64,000 nt of DNA, taken from positions 9,020 to 73,019 of the forward strand of contig JAZQMO010000053.1 of NCBI GenBank assembly GCA_045543495.1, in the 5' to 3' direction. The notes under the pieces are model-generated. The model did no database searches. It was not told where the DNA came from and saw nothing but the letters and a program-made list of their open reading frames with translations. The translations under genes were made by a program, and so were the position numbers. The DNA comes from Eubacteriales bacterium. GTDB lineage: Bacteria > Bacillota > Clostridia > Oscillospirales > SIG627. Positions 9,063 to 18,060 of this stretch are shown here, in pieces (the stretch's first letter is position 1; each line of letters begins with the position of its first letter).

Positions 9063-9087
9063 GCCATTTTGTTTTGCAATAAAAAAT

Positions 9088-9117
9088 AAAAAAAGCCACG
9101 AAATTGTGGCTTTTTTG
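9088..9117. terminator. bidirectional intrinsic terminator
   Basis: AAAAGCCAC-gaaatt-GTGGCTTTT with A and T flanks, downstream of the ferredoxin gene. Confidence 0.65.
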
Positions 9118-9127
9118 TTTGCGTTAT

Positions 9128-9301
9128 TTACGCTTCGGGCTGGGGAGCCTCAACGGGGCAAACGCCTGCGCAAGCGCCGCACTCGATGCAAGCATCCTTA
9201 TCAATGACAGCCTTGCCGTCTTTTTCGGTGATAGCGCTTACGGGACACTCGTCAACGCAAGCCATGCAGCCGAGACATTCTTCAGAAATGATGTATGCCA
9301 T
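9128..9301 (-). CDS. 2x[4Fe-4S] ferredoxin (57 aa, below the ORF-track cutoff)
   Basis: Reverse-strand ATG 9301 to TAA 9128-9130: MAYIISEECLGCMACVDECPVSAITEKDGKAVIDKDACIECGACAGVCPVEAPQPEA. Two CxxCxxCxxxCP motifs, a GGAGG RBS, and its own promoter and terminator. Confidence 0.8.
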   Translation of the reverse strand: MAYIISEECLGCMACVDECPVSAITEKDGKAVIDKDACIECGACAGVCPVEAPQPEA

Positions 9302-9373
9302 TTGAATACCTCCAAAAAAATTGATATAAACATTATATCACCGGTTTTCAAAATTTCAATAGTTTTGGAAAAT

Positions 9374-10471
9374 TTATTTTCCTTCGGGCTTGTTTTCGGC
9401 GTTTTCCACATTTTCACGAGCCGAATTTTGTGCTTTCTTCTGCTTGGAAAGCACCTTTAAGTCGGCGGCAGGGAAAACAAAGATGTTGTCGGGATCGGAA
9501 TCCAGCTTTACCTTGCAGCGCTCACAAAGCACGTTGGTCTCCAAAACCACGCCCTGTCCTTGAGGTGTCATAACACATTGATCTGCCTTGGGGCAACGGC
9601 GTGAAGCCTCCACATATACGTCGTTTTCATAGCGGAGACAGCACATCAGTCTGCCGCAGGTACCGCTGATCTTGGTGGGGTTCAGGCTCAGGTTTTGCTC
9701 CTTTGCCATTTTGATGCTCACCTGCTGGAAATCCTCCAGGAAGGAGGAGCAGCACAGAGGTCTGCCGCAAATGCCAAGTCCTCCAAGCTGCTTTGCTTCA
9801 TCTCTCACACCGATCTGGCGAAGCTCAATTCGGGTCTTGAAGACGGAAGCCATATCCTTGACAAACTCTCTGAAATCCACTCTGCCCTCGGAGGTAAAGT
9901 AGAAGATCAGCTTGGAGCGGTCAAAGGAGCATTCCACATCGGAGAGAGCCATATCCAGCTTGTGGGAAATGACCTTTTCCTGAAAGACCTTTCTTGCCTT
10001 CAACTCCAATTCACGGTTTTCTTTATTCTGCGCCTTGTCCTTTTGATCGGCAAAGCGAACCACCTTTTTCAAGGGGAGCACAAGAGAGGAAACGGGGGAC
10101 AGGTGATTGCCTGTGGAGACAACACCGAATTCCTTGCCTTGACTGGTCTCCACAATGACCTCATCCCCCATGGCATATTTTTTTCCTTCGGGATCGAAGG
10201 AATAGCTCTTTCCCACGGGACGGAAGCGTACCCCGATCACCTCGATCTTTTTCTCGGGGGAAGCCTTCTCCTCTTGTTCCTCTGCGGGCAGGGAAAGGAA
10301 AGGCGTATCATTTACTACGGTCTCCTCTTGAACAGGGGCGGCAGAAATCTCCTTTTCCTCCACTGCCTCTCCCGCTACGGGAGCCTTTGTATGATCCTTT
10401 TTGTTGGGCCTTCTTCCACGGCGGTGATGCCGTCTGAAATGAGGCTTTTTTTCATTTTGCTTGTTATCCAT
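9374..10471 (-). CDS. ricT: PSP1-domain protein (YaaT/RicT homologue) with a charged N-terminal extension
   Basis: 365 aa. VIGVRFRPVGKSYSFDP..., CGRPLCCSSF and CGRLMCCLRYE are PSP1/YaaT hallmarks. The gene lies in the conserved holB neighbourhood. Confidence 0.85.
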   Translation of the reverse strand: MDNKQNEKKPHFRRHHRRGRRPNKKDHTKAPVAGEAVEEKEISAAPVQEETVVNDTPFLSLPAEEQEEKASPEKKIEVIGVRFRPVGKSYSFDPEGKKYAMGDEVIVETSQGKEFGVVSTGNHLSPVSSLVLPLKKVVRFADQKDKAQNKENRELELKARKVFQEKVISHKLDMALSDVECSFDRSKLIFYFTSEGRVDFREFVKDMASVFKTRIELRQIGVRDEAKQLGGLGICGRPLCCSSFLEDFQQVSIKMAKEQNLSLNPTKISGTCGRLMCCLRYENDVYVEASRRCPKADQCVMTPQGQGVVLETNVLCERCKVKLDSDPDNIFVFPAADLKVLSKQKKAQNSARENVENAENKPEGK

Positions 10472-10483
10472 ACTGTTCCTTTA

Positions 10484-11788
10484 TTATTCAAAATCGGAAA
10501 ATTCCAGATCCTTGGGGTAGACCACCTTAATGTCGGCGCCCACGGCACGAAGCTTCTCGATCAGATCCTCGTAGCCACGGAAAATGTGGTGGATCTCATC
10601 GATCTGGGTAATGCCGCTTGCCGCAAGCCCTGCAATAACCATGGCACAGCCTGCTCGCAGATCCACTGCACGAACGGAGGCACCGTTAAAGCCTCGGATC
10701 CCCTCAACCTCTGCGGTACGGCCGTTGATGTTGATTCTGGCACCCATTCGCTTCAATTCCTCAACATAGCGGAAGCGGGATTCCCACACACTCTCGGTCA
10801 AGCGGGAAAGCCCGTCTGCCAGACAGAGCAGTACACACATCTGCGGGTGCATATCCGTGGGAAAGCCGGGATAGGGAAGGGTCTTGACGTTGACACGCTT
10901 CAAGGGGCCCTCGCCACGCTTCACGGTAATGGAGTCGCCATCCTCATCCACCTGCACGCCCATTTCGCAAAGCTTTGCCGTAACCGAATCCAAATGCTTG
11001 GGGATTACGTTGGTCACCTTGATCTCACCGCCTGTGGCGGCGGCCAGAATCATAAAGGTGCCCGCTTCGATCATATCGGGAATGATGGTATAGGTCACAC
11101 CGTGGAGCCTTTTCACGCCGCGGATACGGATCACATCCGTACCGGCGCCGCTGATATCGGCACCGCAGGCGTTGAGAAAGTTTGCGGTATCAACAATGTG
11201 AGGCTCGTGTGCGGCGTTTTCAATGATGGTGGTGCCCTCTGCCTTCACGGCGGCCAGCATCACATTGATGGTGCCACCAACGGTTGCCATATCCATGTAA
11301 ACGGAATTTCCGTGGAGAATGCCGTCCTTGGCGGTGGCTTCTATGTACCCTCCGTCCACCTTCACATCACATCCGAGAGCCTCAAAGCCCTTGATATGCT
11401 GGTCAATGGGACGAACACCGAAATCACATCCGCCGGGCAGACCCACAAAGGCCCGTCCGAACCTGCCCAATTCGGCACCGATGAGATAGTAGGAGGCACG
11501 CATTTTTCCCACCAATTCATAGGGGGCAATTCCGGGGGTTACAAAAGCGGAATCGATCTCTACCGTATTTTTGTCCAAACGGTTGATCTTTACACCGATG
11601 GACTCCAATATTTTCAGGGAAACATTGACATCGCTGATGTCGGGCAAATTCTCAATGGTGCACTTATCTTCTGTCAAAATGGTGGAAAGAAGAATGGGCA
11701 CCGCTGCATTTTTCATTCCCGAAATGGGAATTTCGCCCACCAGCGGCTTTCCGCCCGAAATAATGATTTTTCCTTTGCTTGTATCCAT
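10484..11788 (-). CDS. murA: UDP-N-acetylglucosamine 1-carboxyvinyltransferase
   Basis: 434 aa. ...ISGMKNAAVPILLSTILTEDKCTIENLPDISDV... and the active-site Cys region LPGGCDFGVRPIDQH. Confidence 0.9.
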   Translation of the reverse strand: MDTSKGKIIISGGKPLVGEIPISGMKNAAVPILLSTILTEDKCTIENLPDISDVNVSLKILESIGVKINRLDKNTVEIDSAFVTPGIAPYELVGKMRASYYLIGAELGRFGRAFVGLPGGCDFGVRPIDQHIKGFEALGCDVKVDGGYIEATAKDGILHGNSVYMDMATVGGTINVMLAAVKAEGTTIIENAAHEPHIVDTANFLNACGADISGAGTDVIRIRGVKRLHGVTYTIIPDMIEAGTFMILAAATGGEIKVTNVIPKHLDSVTAKLCEMGVQVDEDGDSITVKRGEGPLKRVNVKTLPYPGFPTDMHPQMCVLLCLADGLSRLTESVWESRFRYVEELKRMGARININGRTAEVEGIRGFNGASVRAVDLRAGCAMVIAGLAASGITQIDEIHHIFRGYEDLIEKLRAVGADIKVVYPKDLEFSDFE

Positions 11789-11892
11789 AAAAAGGGGATC
11801 GATCCTTTCTGATTTCTTTTTGATCTTTCACGTGCTTTGCCGTGAAAAAAAGACCACATCCATATTATATGAGTTTTCCAACAATGGGTGAT

Positions 11893-12885
11893 TTATACCG
11901 ATCCTGTCAAGCCTTCTGCGGTCAAATGAAAGCCTGAGAGAGCGGAAAAGAGATTGACGTTGACCTGCGCGGCCTCTTCCAGCTCCTCGCAAAGCTCATA
12001 CAGCTTTACACAAGAAGCGGGATCGATCACCGCAGCAAGCTCACGCCGAAGGGACTCATCCGAGAAAAAATCCCCTTGGGAGGAATCAAAATACCGTTCC
12101 ACCATAAGATCCCGAAGGGCCAACTTGAAAAGAGGCAGGATGATGCCAAGCTCCTTTCTTGTCACCGTCGCAGGGGGTAAGATCAGGCTTAGCTTGGTAA
12201 ATCCGTCGGATCGATACAGCGCCTTAAAATACTGCAATACCGTATCTCTTGCTTTTTGGATCTCTTCATTTCCCATCAAATCTCTTGCCCGACCGAGGGA
12301 GCCACTCGCCAAAAGGGCGGCCTGACTTGCCCGCTCCTGTTCATACCCCTCCCGAAGGAGTGTAGAATATATTATCTCGCGGGAAAGAGGCTCAGTCTTC
12401 AACTGAACCGCACGACTGCGAACCGTGGGTAAAAGAGCGGTCTTATCCTCGGTCAAAAGGAAGAAAACCGTATTCTGCCCCGGTTCCTCAATGCTTTTTA
12501 ACAGCGCATTCTGCGCTTCCTTTTTCATACATTCACTGTTCTCAAGGATAAAAATGCGCCAATCGCTTTGAGAGGGGAGAATGTAAGTATTTTGAAGCCA
12601 TTCACGAATGGCCGCAACCGGAATACGCTTTCCTTCTTCCTCGGGGCGAACCTCGTGCACATCCACATGGTTCCCTGCCAAAATGTTTTTGCAATCGGGG
12701 CAGGTAAGACAAGGCTTCCCTGCGCTCTTGTGGGTGCAGTTCATGGCACAGGCCAAATAACGGACAATGGTCAGCTTTCCCGTGCCCTTTGCTCCTTCGA
12801 TCAGGTAACAGCCTGCAAGGCGATTTTCCTCATAAGCGGAAAACAGAGCCTTCAAAAGGGAAGCGTTTCCGATGATGGGCTGCAT
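11893..12885 (-). CDS. holB: DNA polymerase III delta-prime subunit
   Basis: 330 aa. P-loop-like GAKGTGK, zinc module CTHKSAGKPCLTCPDCKN, and SRAV (sensor) motif. Confidence 0.85.
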   Translation of the reverse strand: MQPIIGNASLLKALFSAYEENRLAGCYLIEGAKGTGKLTIVRYLACAMNCTHKSAGKPCLTCPDCKNILAGNHVDVHEVRPEEEGKRIPVAAIREWLQNTYILPSQSDWRIFILENSECMKKEAQNALLKSIEEPGQNTVFFLLTEDKTALLPTVRSRAVQLKTEPLSREIIYSTLLREGYEQERASQAALLASGSLGRARDLMGNEEIQKARDTVLQYFKALYRSDGFTKLSLILPPATVTRKELGIILPLFKLALRDLMVERYFDSSQGDFFSDESLRRELAAVIDPASCVKLYELCEELEEAAQVNVNLFSALSGFHLTAEGLTGSV

Positions 12886-12887
12886 CT

Positions 12888-13211
12888 TTATGCCTTTTCG
12901 TACTTCTCAATATCCACCACAAAGATGGTGGCACCGCCGATGGTAACCTCTACGGGGTATGCGGCCATACCGGGATTGTAGTGATCGTAGTCAATGGGCA
13001 TGATCTGGGTTCTTCTTCTGGAATGCTCCTTGATAATGGCGATCGCCTTTTCTACCATTTCATCCTCCACACCGGAAATGAAGGTGGTGTTTCCCTTCAT
13101 CAAAAATCCACCGGTGGAAGCAAGCTTGGTTACGGGAATACGCTCTTTATTCAAATTCTTCATAACGTCATTGGCGTCATCATTGTTGACAATGGCAAAA
13201 ATCATTTTCAT
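12888..13211 (-). CDS. darA: PII-like cyclic-di-AMP receptor DarA (YaaQ, DUF970)
   Basis: 107 aa. MKMIFAIVNNDDANDVMKNLNKERIPVTKLASTGGFLMKGNTTF... matches YaaQ family proteins, and the gene sits immediately upstream of holB as in Bacillus. Confidence 0.8.
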   Translation of the reverse strand: MKMIFAIVNNDDANDVMKNLNKERIPVTKLASTGGFLMKGNTTFISGVEDEMVEKAIAIIKEHSRRRTQIMPIDYDHYNPGMAAYPVEVTIGGATIFVVDIEKYEKA

Positions 13212-13285
13212 AATCAGGATCCTCCTATTGTGATTCTGTGTTGATCTTAAGGTATATTTATTAGATGATAGATATACCTGTTTAC

Positions 13286-13314
13286 ATTATAACACAGAGT
13301 CCTTCAATTGTCAA
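13286..13314 (-). promoter_or_regulatory. sigma-A promoter for the darA-holB operon
   Basis: The reverse strand reads TTGACA (13309-13314), 17 nt, TGtTATAAT (-10 at 13286-13291). Confidence 0.55.
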
Positions 13315-13340
13315 AGAATTTGTTCATATTTTTTTAAGAA

Positions 13341-13368
13341 AAAAAGAGCAGCCGAAGCTGCTCTTTTT
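13341..13368. terminator. intrinsic terminator downstream of the ABC gene
   Basis: AAAAAGAGCAGC-cgaa-GCTGCTCTTTTT. Confidence 0.65.
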
Positions 13369-13376
13369 GAAAAAAA

Positions 13377-16349
13377 TCATTCGGTTCTCAGCGCTTCCAC
13401 AGGGTCCTTCTTGGCTGCGAAGCGAGAGGGAACAAGCCCTGCAATAAAGGATAGCAAAACGCTGATTGCTATGAGGCTGTAGCCCGCGGGAGGCAGGGCG
13501 GCGCCAAGGGTCTCGATTCCCGTTAGGCTCTGAATGATCACATTGATGGGGATGATCAGAAGAAGCGTGATGCCGATGCCGATGATTCCTGCCGCAAAGC
13601 CTTCTATGATGCTTTCCGCATTGAAGACACGGGAAATATCCTTCTTGGAGGCACCGATGGCACGCAAAATACCGATCTCCTTGGTTCTTTCCAAAACGGA
13701 AATATAGGTGATAATGCCGATCATAATGGAGGAAACCACAAGAGAAACGGAAACGAAGGCGATCAGAACATAGGAAATGGCGTTGATGATGGTGGAAATG
13801 CCCGACATCATAATGGCAAACATATCCGTGTAGTTGATCTTGTCCTTCTCCTCCTTGGTGTCGTTATAAGCCTGAATCAGATCGGCGATCCGATCCTTGT
13901 TGTCAAAGGTGTCGGTATAAATGTTGACGGAGCTGGGGCTTTCCTTTTCCACCAGTCCCAAAAGATCCAAATTTTCCTCCAGATCTCTCTCGGAGTGGGT
14001 CTGGGGCATATACCTTTCATAAAGCTCTACCATTTGCTTTTCCGTGTATCCCTCGGGGTTGGAAAGCTTTGCGGTAAGCATGGCGGCAAGCTGGGGAGCG
14101 GGAATGGCGCTCATAGAGGCGCTCACCTGCTCCTTGTACTGTGCGGTGATCATTTCCTCCATTCTTTCCTTGACGGATCGGAATAGCTCATCATCGCTCA
14201 TCTGTGCAATATAATCGGTAATGTAGGAAGCATCGGTTCCTTCCGTCTCCTGCTCGGAGAGGGCCTTGATGATGTAGGCCTCCAGCTGATCTCTGCTGAG
14301 ACCGCCGATCTGCGCATTGACGGTAGTATCCAAATATGCCTGATCGGGAATGGAGGAGATCTCCACATAGATCTGCCCCTTTTTGGTCTCATTCAAGCCC
14401 AAAAGATATTCTCGGATCAGATCGCTCTTTTCCTTGTCGCTGTATTCCTCAAAGTCCTCGGGAAGGAAGGGGAGATTGAGTATGATATCGGTGTCGGGAG
14501 AGTCCTTTTGCTCCTTCAGGATGGTGCTTTCCTCAATCTTTTCCAATAAGTGCGCTGTCAGATCGGAGGTGTATCCGATGGCGCCTGAGAGCATAGCGGT
14601 GTTGGTATCCTCACCGGGACGGATGATGCCGCATATCTTAACGGAAACTCCCTTGTCGGAGCCGAACAGATAATCCAGTCCTTTTTCCGTTTCGGTCAGA
14701 AGGGTGTACCCGCCAAAGGCGCTCTTTTGATACAGATCCGAGGGTAAAAAGACCTTGAATTCCTTATCGCATACCTCTTCATAACTCCAGGAGGAAATAG
14801 TGGTGTCAAGGGTCTCGCCCTTTTGGGAGGCCTTCATATCGTCAATGAGCTGCCTTGTGGGAACAAGTCCGAGACCGCCGAGGATCAGATCGCTCAATTC
14901 GTTGTTTTCGTTGACAATGAGCACTACCTCGTCGTATTTTTCGGGCCAGGAGCCGTAGATCAGGTCGTATTGCTCCCGAATCAGATCGTTGACTCCCGTG
15001 CCGTCCTGCTGAGGCAGCATTTCCTGCCAAAGCTTCACAGAGCCAAAGTTCAAGGAAGCATTGGCGTTCATACTCATGGCGCTGTCGGAAATACCGATGC
15101 CACGGAAGACCTCTTTCATCAATTCCTCAATATCGCTTTTTACAATGACACCGTCGGAATCCTTGGTGTAAATGCTCATATTCAGATCATACGAATATTG
15201 AAGATTGGAAATGTAGCTGCGGATCTCTTCGTTGGAATCCAAAAACTCCTTAAAATCCTTCAGGTTATTGGTCTGGATCTGAGCGTTGTTCAGGGAGTTG
15301 ACCATTTCGTTCATAACCTTGGAGGAATAGACCGCATCTTTCTCGTGACGGTTTTTTTCATTGTCTTGGTTGATTCCCATCAGCGTTGCCAAAAAGGCTG
15401 ACATATCGGCGCTTTCGGCCTGAATGGTAATGGGATAGCTGGAGAGGGTCTCCTCCTGAACGGAGCGAATATAGGCGTTGATACCGTTGGAGAGAGAAAG
15501 GATCAGAGCAATTCCGATGATACCGATGGAGCCCGCAAAGGAGGTGAGAAGGGTGCGCCCCTTTTTGGTCATCAGATTGTTCATGGAAAGGCTCAGGGCC
15601 GTGAAAAAGGACATGGAGGGCTTTTTTGTCTTCTTCGATTGCTTTTTCTCGTGAGGCGCCTTTTCGCTCTCCGTATTGGGGCAGGAGTCCTTGAGCAATT
15701 CACCGTCCAACAAATGAATGATACGGCTGGAATATTCCTCGGCAAGCTCGGGATTGTGAGTGACCATGATCACAAGCTTTTCCTTGGAGATCTCCTTGAG
15801 GATCTCCATAATTTGAAGGCTGGTGGCGGAATCCAGTGCCCCTGTCGGCTCGTCGGCCAAAAGGATCTCGGGATCGTTCACCAGTGCACGGGCAATGGCA
15901 ACTCTCTGCATCTGACCACCCGAGAGCTGGTTTGGCTTTTTGCGGATCTGATCCTTCAGACCAACCTTTTCCAGTGCGGCCGTGGCTCTTTTTCTTCTCT
16001 CAGCCTTAGAAACACCCGAGAGGGTCAGGGCAAGCTCCACATTTGCCAAAACGCTTTGGTGAGGAATCAGATTATAGCTTTGAAATACAAAGCCGATGGA
16101 ATGATTGCGGTAATTGTCCCAATCGGAATCCGTAAAGGCCTTGGTGCTTTTTCCGTCGATCACAAGATCTCCCGAGGTGTAGTGATCCAAACCGCCGATG
16201 ATATTCAGCAGCGTTGTCTTACCGCAGCCGGAGGGGCCGAGAATGGAAACGAATTCATTGGTTCCAAAGGTCAGGGAAATTCCCTTCAGGGCTTTCACCT
16301 TGTCACTCTCGGAGAGATAATCCTTTTTAATATCAATAAGCTGTAGCAT
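13377..16349 (-). CDS. fused ABC transporter: ATPase plus MacB/FtsX-type permease with a very large extracytoplasmic domain
   Basis: 990 aa. Walker A GPSGCGKTT, signature LSGGQMQRVAIARAL, Walker B LLADEPTGALD. One TM near residue 270, and three C-terminal TMs with the FtsX motif ERTKEIGILRAIGASKKDI. Confidence 0.85.
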   Translation of the reverse strand: MLQLIDIKKDYLSESDKVKALKGISLTFGTNEFVSILGPSGCGKTTLLNIIGGLDHYTSGDLVIDGKSTKAFTDSDWDNYRNHSIGFVFQSYNLIPHQSVLANVELALTLSGVSKAERRKRATAALEKVGLKDQIRKKPNQLSGGQMQRVAIARALVNDPEILLADEPTGALDSATSLQIMEILKEISKEKLVIMVTHNPELAEEYSSRIIHLLDGELLKDSCPNTESEKAPHEKKQSKKTKKPSMSFFTALSLSMNNLMTKKGRTLLTSFAGSIGIIGIALILSLSNGINAYIRSVQEETLSSYPITIQAESADMSAFLATLMGINQDNEKNRHEKDAVYSSKVMNEMVNSLNNAQIQTNNLKDFKEFLDSNEEIRSYISNLQYSYDLNMSIYTKDSDGVIVKSDIEELMKEVFRGIGISDSAMSMNANASLNFGSVKLWQEMLPQQDGTGVNDLIREQYDLIYGSWPEKYDEVVLIVNENNELSDLILGGLGLVPTRQLIDDMKASQKGETLDTTISSWSYEEVCDKEFKVFLPSDLYQKSAFGGYTLLTETEKGLDYLFGSDKGVSVKICGIIRPGEDTNTAMLSGAIGYTSDLTAHLLEKIEESTILKEQKDSPDTDIILNLPFLPEDFEEYSDKEKSDLIREYLLGLNETKKGQIYVEISSIPDQAYLDTTVNAQIGGLSRDQLEAYIIKALSEQETEGTDASYITDYIAQMSDDELFRSVKERMEEMITAQYKEQVSASMSAIPAPQLAAMLTAKLSNPEGYTEKQMVELYERYMPQTHSERDLEENLDLLGLVEKESPSSVNIYTDTFDNKDRIADLIQAYNDTKEEKDKINYTDMFAIMMSGISTIINAISYVLIAFVSVSLVVSSIMIGIITYISVLERTKEIGILRAIGASKKDISRVFNAESIIEGFAAGIIGIGITLLLIIPINVIIQSLTGIETLGAALPPAGYSLIAISVLLSFIAGLVPSRFAAKKDPVEALRTE

Positions 16350-16521
16350 GCTTTTTCCTTTCTTGATCTGTTTGGCAGAAAGTATAACAGGCCAATTTTA
16401 ACCTGTTGTGAATATTGCATATATTTTTTCTGAAATTGGAAATTCTAAACAGGAATCTTCAATCACTTTTAAATTCAGTTCATTATATCCCATTAAGATA
16501 TCCTTGTAAAGAGGGGTCGAG

Positions 16522-16550
16522 TTGACAAAAGGCGAGAAATTGGTTAAAAT
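16522..16550 (+). promoter_or_regulatory. sigma-A promoter for yhbY
   Basis: TTGACA (16522-16527), 17 nt, TAAAAT (16545-16550). Confidence 0.5.
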
Positions 16551-16584
16551 ATGGTCTCATAGAGGAACAAAAAGGAGTATATTG

Positions 16585-16881
16585 ATGTTGACCGGAAAAC
16601 AGAGAGCGTATCTGCGCTCCTTGGCGAATTCACTTCCCGCAAAATATCAGGTGGGAAAAGCAGGCTTTGAGGACGATGCCTTTTTAACACAGATCCGTGA
16701 GGGACTGGAGAAAAACGAACTGATCAAGGTGACGGTTCTGGAAAATTCCGACCTTTCTCCCCGTGAGGTTTCCGATGCCATCTGTGAAATGATCGGGTGC
16801 GAGGGCGTACAGGCCATCGGAAATAAATTCGTTCTTTATAAGAAAAGCAAGAAGAATCAGAAAATTGTGTTGCCGAAATAA
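16585..16881 (+). CDS. yhbY: YhbY/CRM-domain RNA-binding protein
   Basis: 98 aa from ATG 16585 after AAAGGAG. MLTGKQRAYLRSLANSLPAKYQVGKAG...LIKV is typical of YhbY. Confidence 0.8.
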   Translation: MLTGKQRAYLRSLANSLPAKYQVGKAGFEDDAFLTQIREGLEKNELIKVTVLENSDLSPREVSDAICEMIGCEGVQAIGNKFVLYKKSKKNQKIVLPK

Positions 16882-16892
16882 GGAGTAAAATT

Positions 16893-17621
16893 TTGGAGCA
16901 GTTTTTGTATTATTTTGAAGTATTCGGGTATTTGTTTTTTGTGATCGCATCCATCGGGGCCTTGATTGCCCACGCTCGGGTGAACAGCACCTTCCGCCGC
17001 TTTTCAAAGCAGTCCTCAGCTCTCGGGCTGACAGGGCGTTCTGCCGCAGAGCGTGTTTTGCAAAACAATGGCGTGTTTGATGTGAAGATTGCCAAAACCC
17101 CCGGGAATCTAACCGATCACTACGATCCTCGGAATAACACCGTCTATCTTTCCGATGCCGTGTATGATTCCACCTCCACCGCCGCCATCGGGGTTGCCGC
17201 TCACGAGGCGGGCCACGCTGTTCAGCACGCTGCGGGCTATGTTCCCATCAAGCTGAGACAGGCCATTGTCCCCGTGTGCAATCTCGGATCAAAGCTTTCC
17301 ATCCCGCTTATTTTGATCGGCTTGGCCTTGTCTGCGGGAATCGGCTTTTCTTTCGGATACTATCTTGCGCTTGCAGGGGTCTTATTTTACAGCCTTGCGG
17401 TGGTCTTTCAGCTGGTCACTCTTCCTACGGAGTTCAACGCTTCCCGCCGTGCCATGACCGCCTTGGAGGAGGGTGGCATTCTTTCGGATGAAGAATTGAA
17501 GGGAGCAAGAAAGACCCTTACCGCCGCCGCAATGACCTATGTGTCCGCCCTTGCAGTCACTTTGGTGCAGTTTTTACGACTCTTTGCCATGGTAATGGGA
17601 GGAAGGAGAAACAGAAGATGA
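16893..17621 (+). CDS. YugP-family membrane zinc metallopeptidase (Zn_peptidase_2)
   Basis: 242 aa, TTG start 7 nt after AGGAG. HEAGHAVQH motif with flanking TM segments. Confidence 0.8.
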   Translation: MEQFLYYFEVFGYLFFVIASIGALIAHARVNSTFRRFSKQSSALGLTGRSAAERVLQNNGVFDVKIAKTPGNLTDHYDPRNNTVYLSDAVYDSTSTAAIGVAAHEAGHAVQHAAGYVPIKLRQAIVPVCNLGSKLSIPLILIGLALSAGIGFSFGYYLALAGVLFYSLAVVFQLVTLPTEFNASRRAMTALEEGGILSDEELKGARKTLTAAAMTYVSALAVTLVQFLRLFAMVMGGRRNRR

Positions 17622-18037
17622 GTTTTTTTTATAAATTGGCGGAGTCCTTTCGCCGCTTTATGCAGGGCCGCTACGGAACCGATACCCTGAATAAGCACCT
17701 TGTTTTTCTTTGGCTTATTCTTTCTTTTGCCAACATTTTCTTGCAAAGCCTTGCCATCTACATTTTGGAGCTTGTTTTGTGTGCTCTTGTCTTTTTCCGT
17801 ATGTTCTCTCGCAATATTTTCAAAAGACAGGCGGAAAATGCCGCCTATTACCGTTTTACCACTTCTTTGAAAAAGAAATATTCTCATTTCTTTGTTCGGA
17901 TTCGGGATCGGAAGCAATATCACTTTTTCCGCTGCCCCCGTTGTTCTGCGCCGATCAAAATGCCCCGTAGAGTTGGAAAATTTCGCATTCGCTGTCAAAA
18001 GTGCGGCGAAAGCTTTGTAAAGGAATTTCGTAAATAA
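17618..18037 (+). CDS. membrane protein with a C-terminal zinc ribbon
   Basis: 139 aa, ATGA overlap with the YugP stop. One or two TMs, then CPRCSAPIKMPRRVGKFRIRCQKCGESF (CxxC...CxxC). Confidence 0.6.
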   Translation: MSFFYKLAESFRRFMQGRYGTDTLNKHLVFLWLILSFANIFLQSLAIYILELVLCALVFFRMFSRNIFKRQAENAAYYRFTTSLKKKYSHFFVRIRDRKQYHFFRCPRCSAPIKMPRRVGKFRIRCQKCGESFVKEFRK

Positions 18038-18060
18038 CTGACTTTAAAGGAGTACAGGAT

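Noticed and set aside
8010-9089. 359-aa + strand ORF
   Set aside because: It is antisense to the Ldh_2 gene. It also runs through that gene's promoter and the neighbouring terminator.
9695-11812. 705-aa ORF on the + strand
   Set aside because: It is antisense to murA and ricT and even crosses their intergenic gap. The translation is low-complexity (Gly/His/Leu-rich) with no motifs and no RBS. It is a shadow ORF of well-supported genes.
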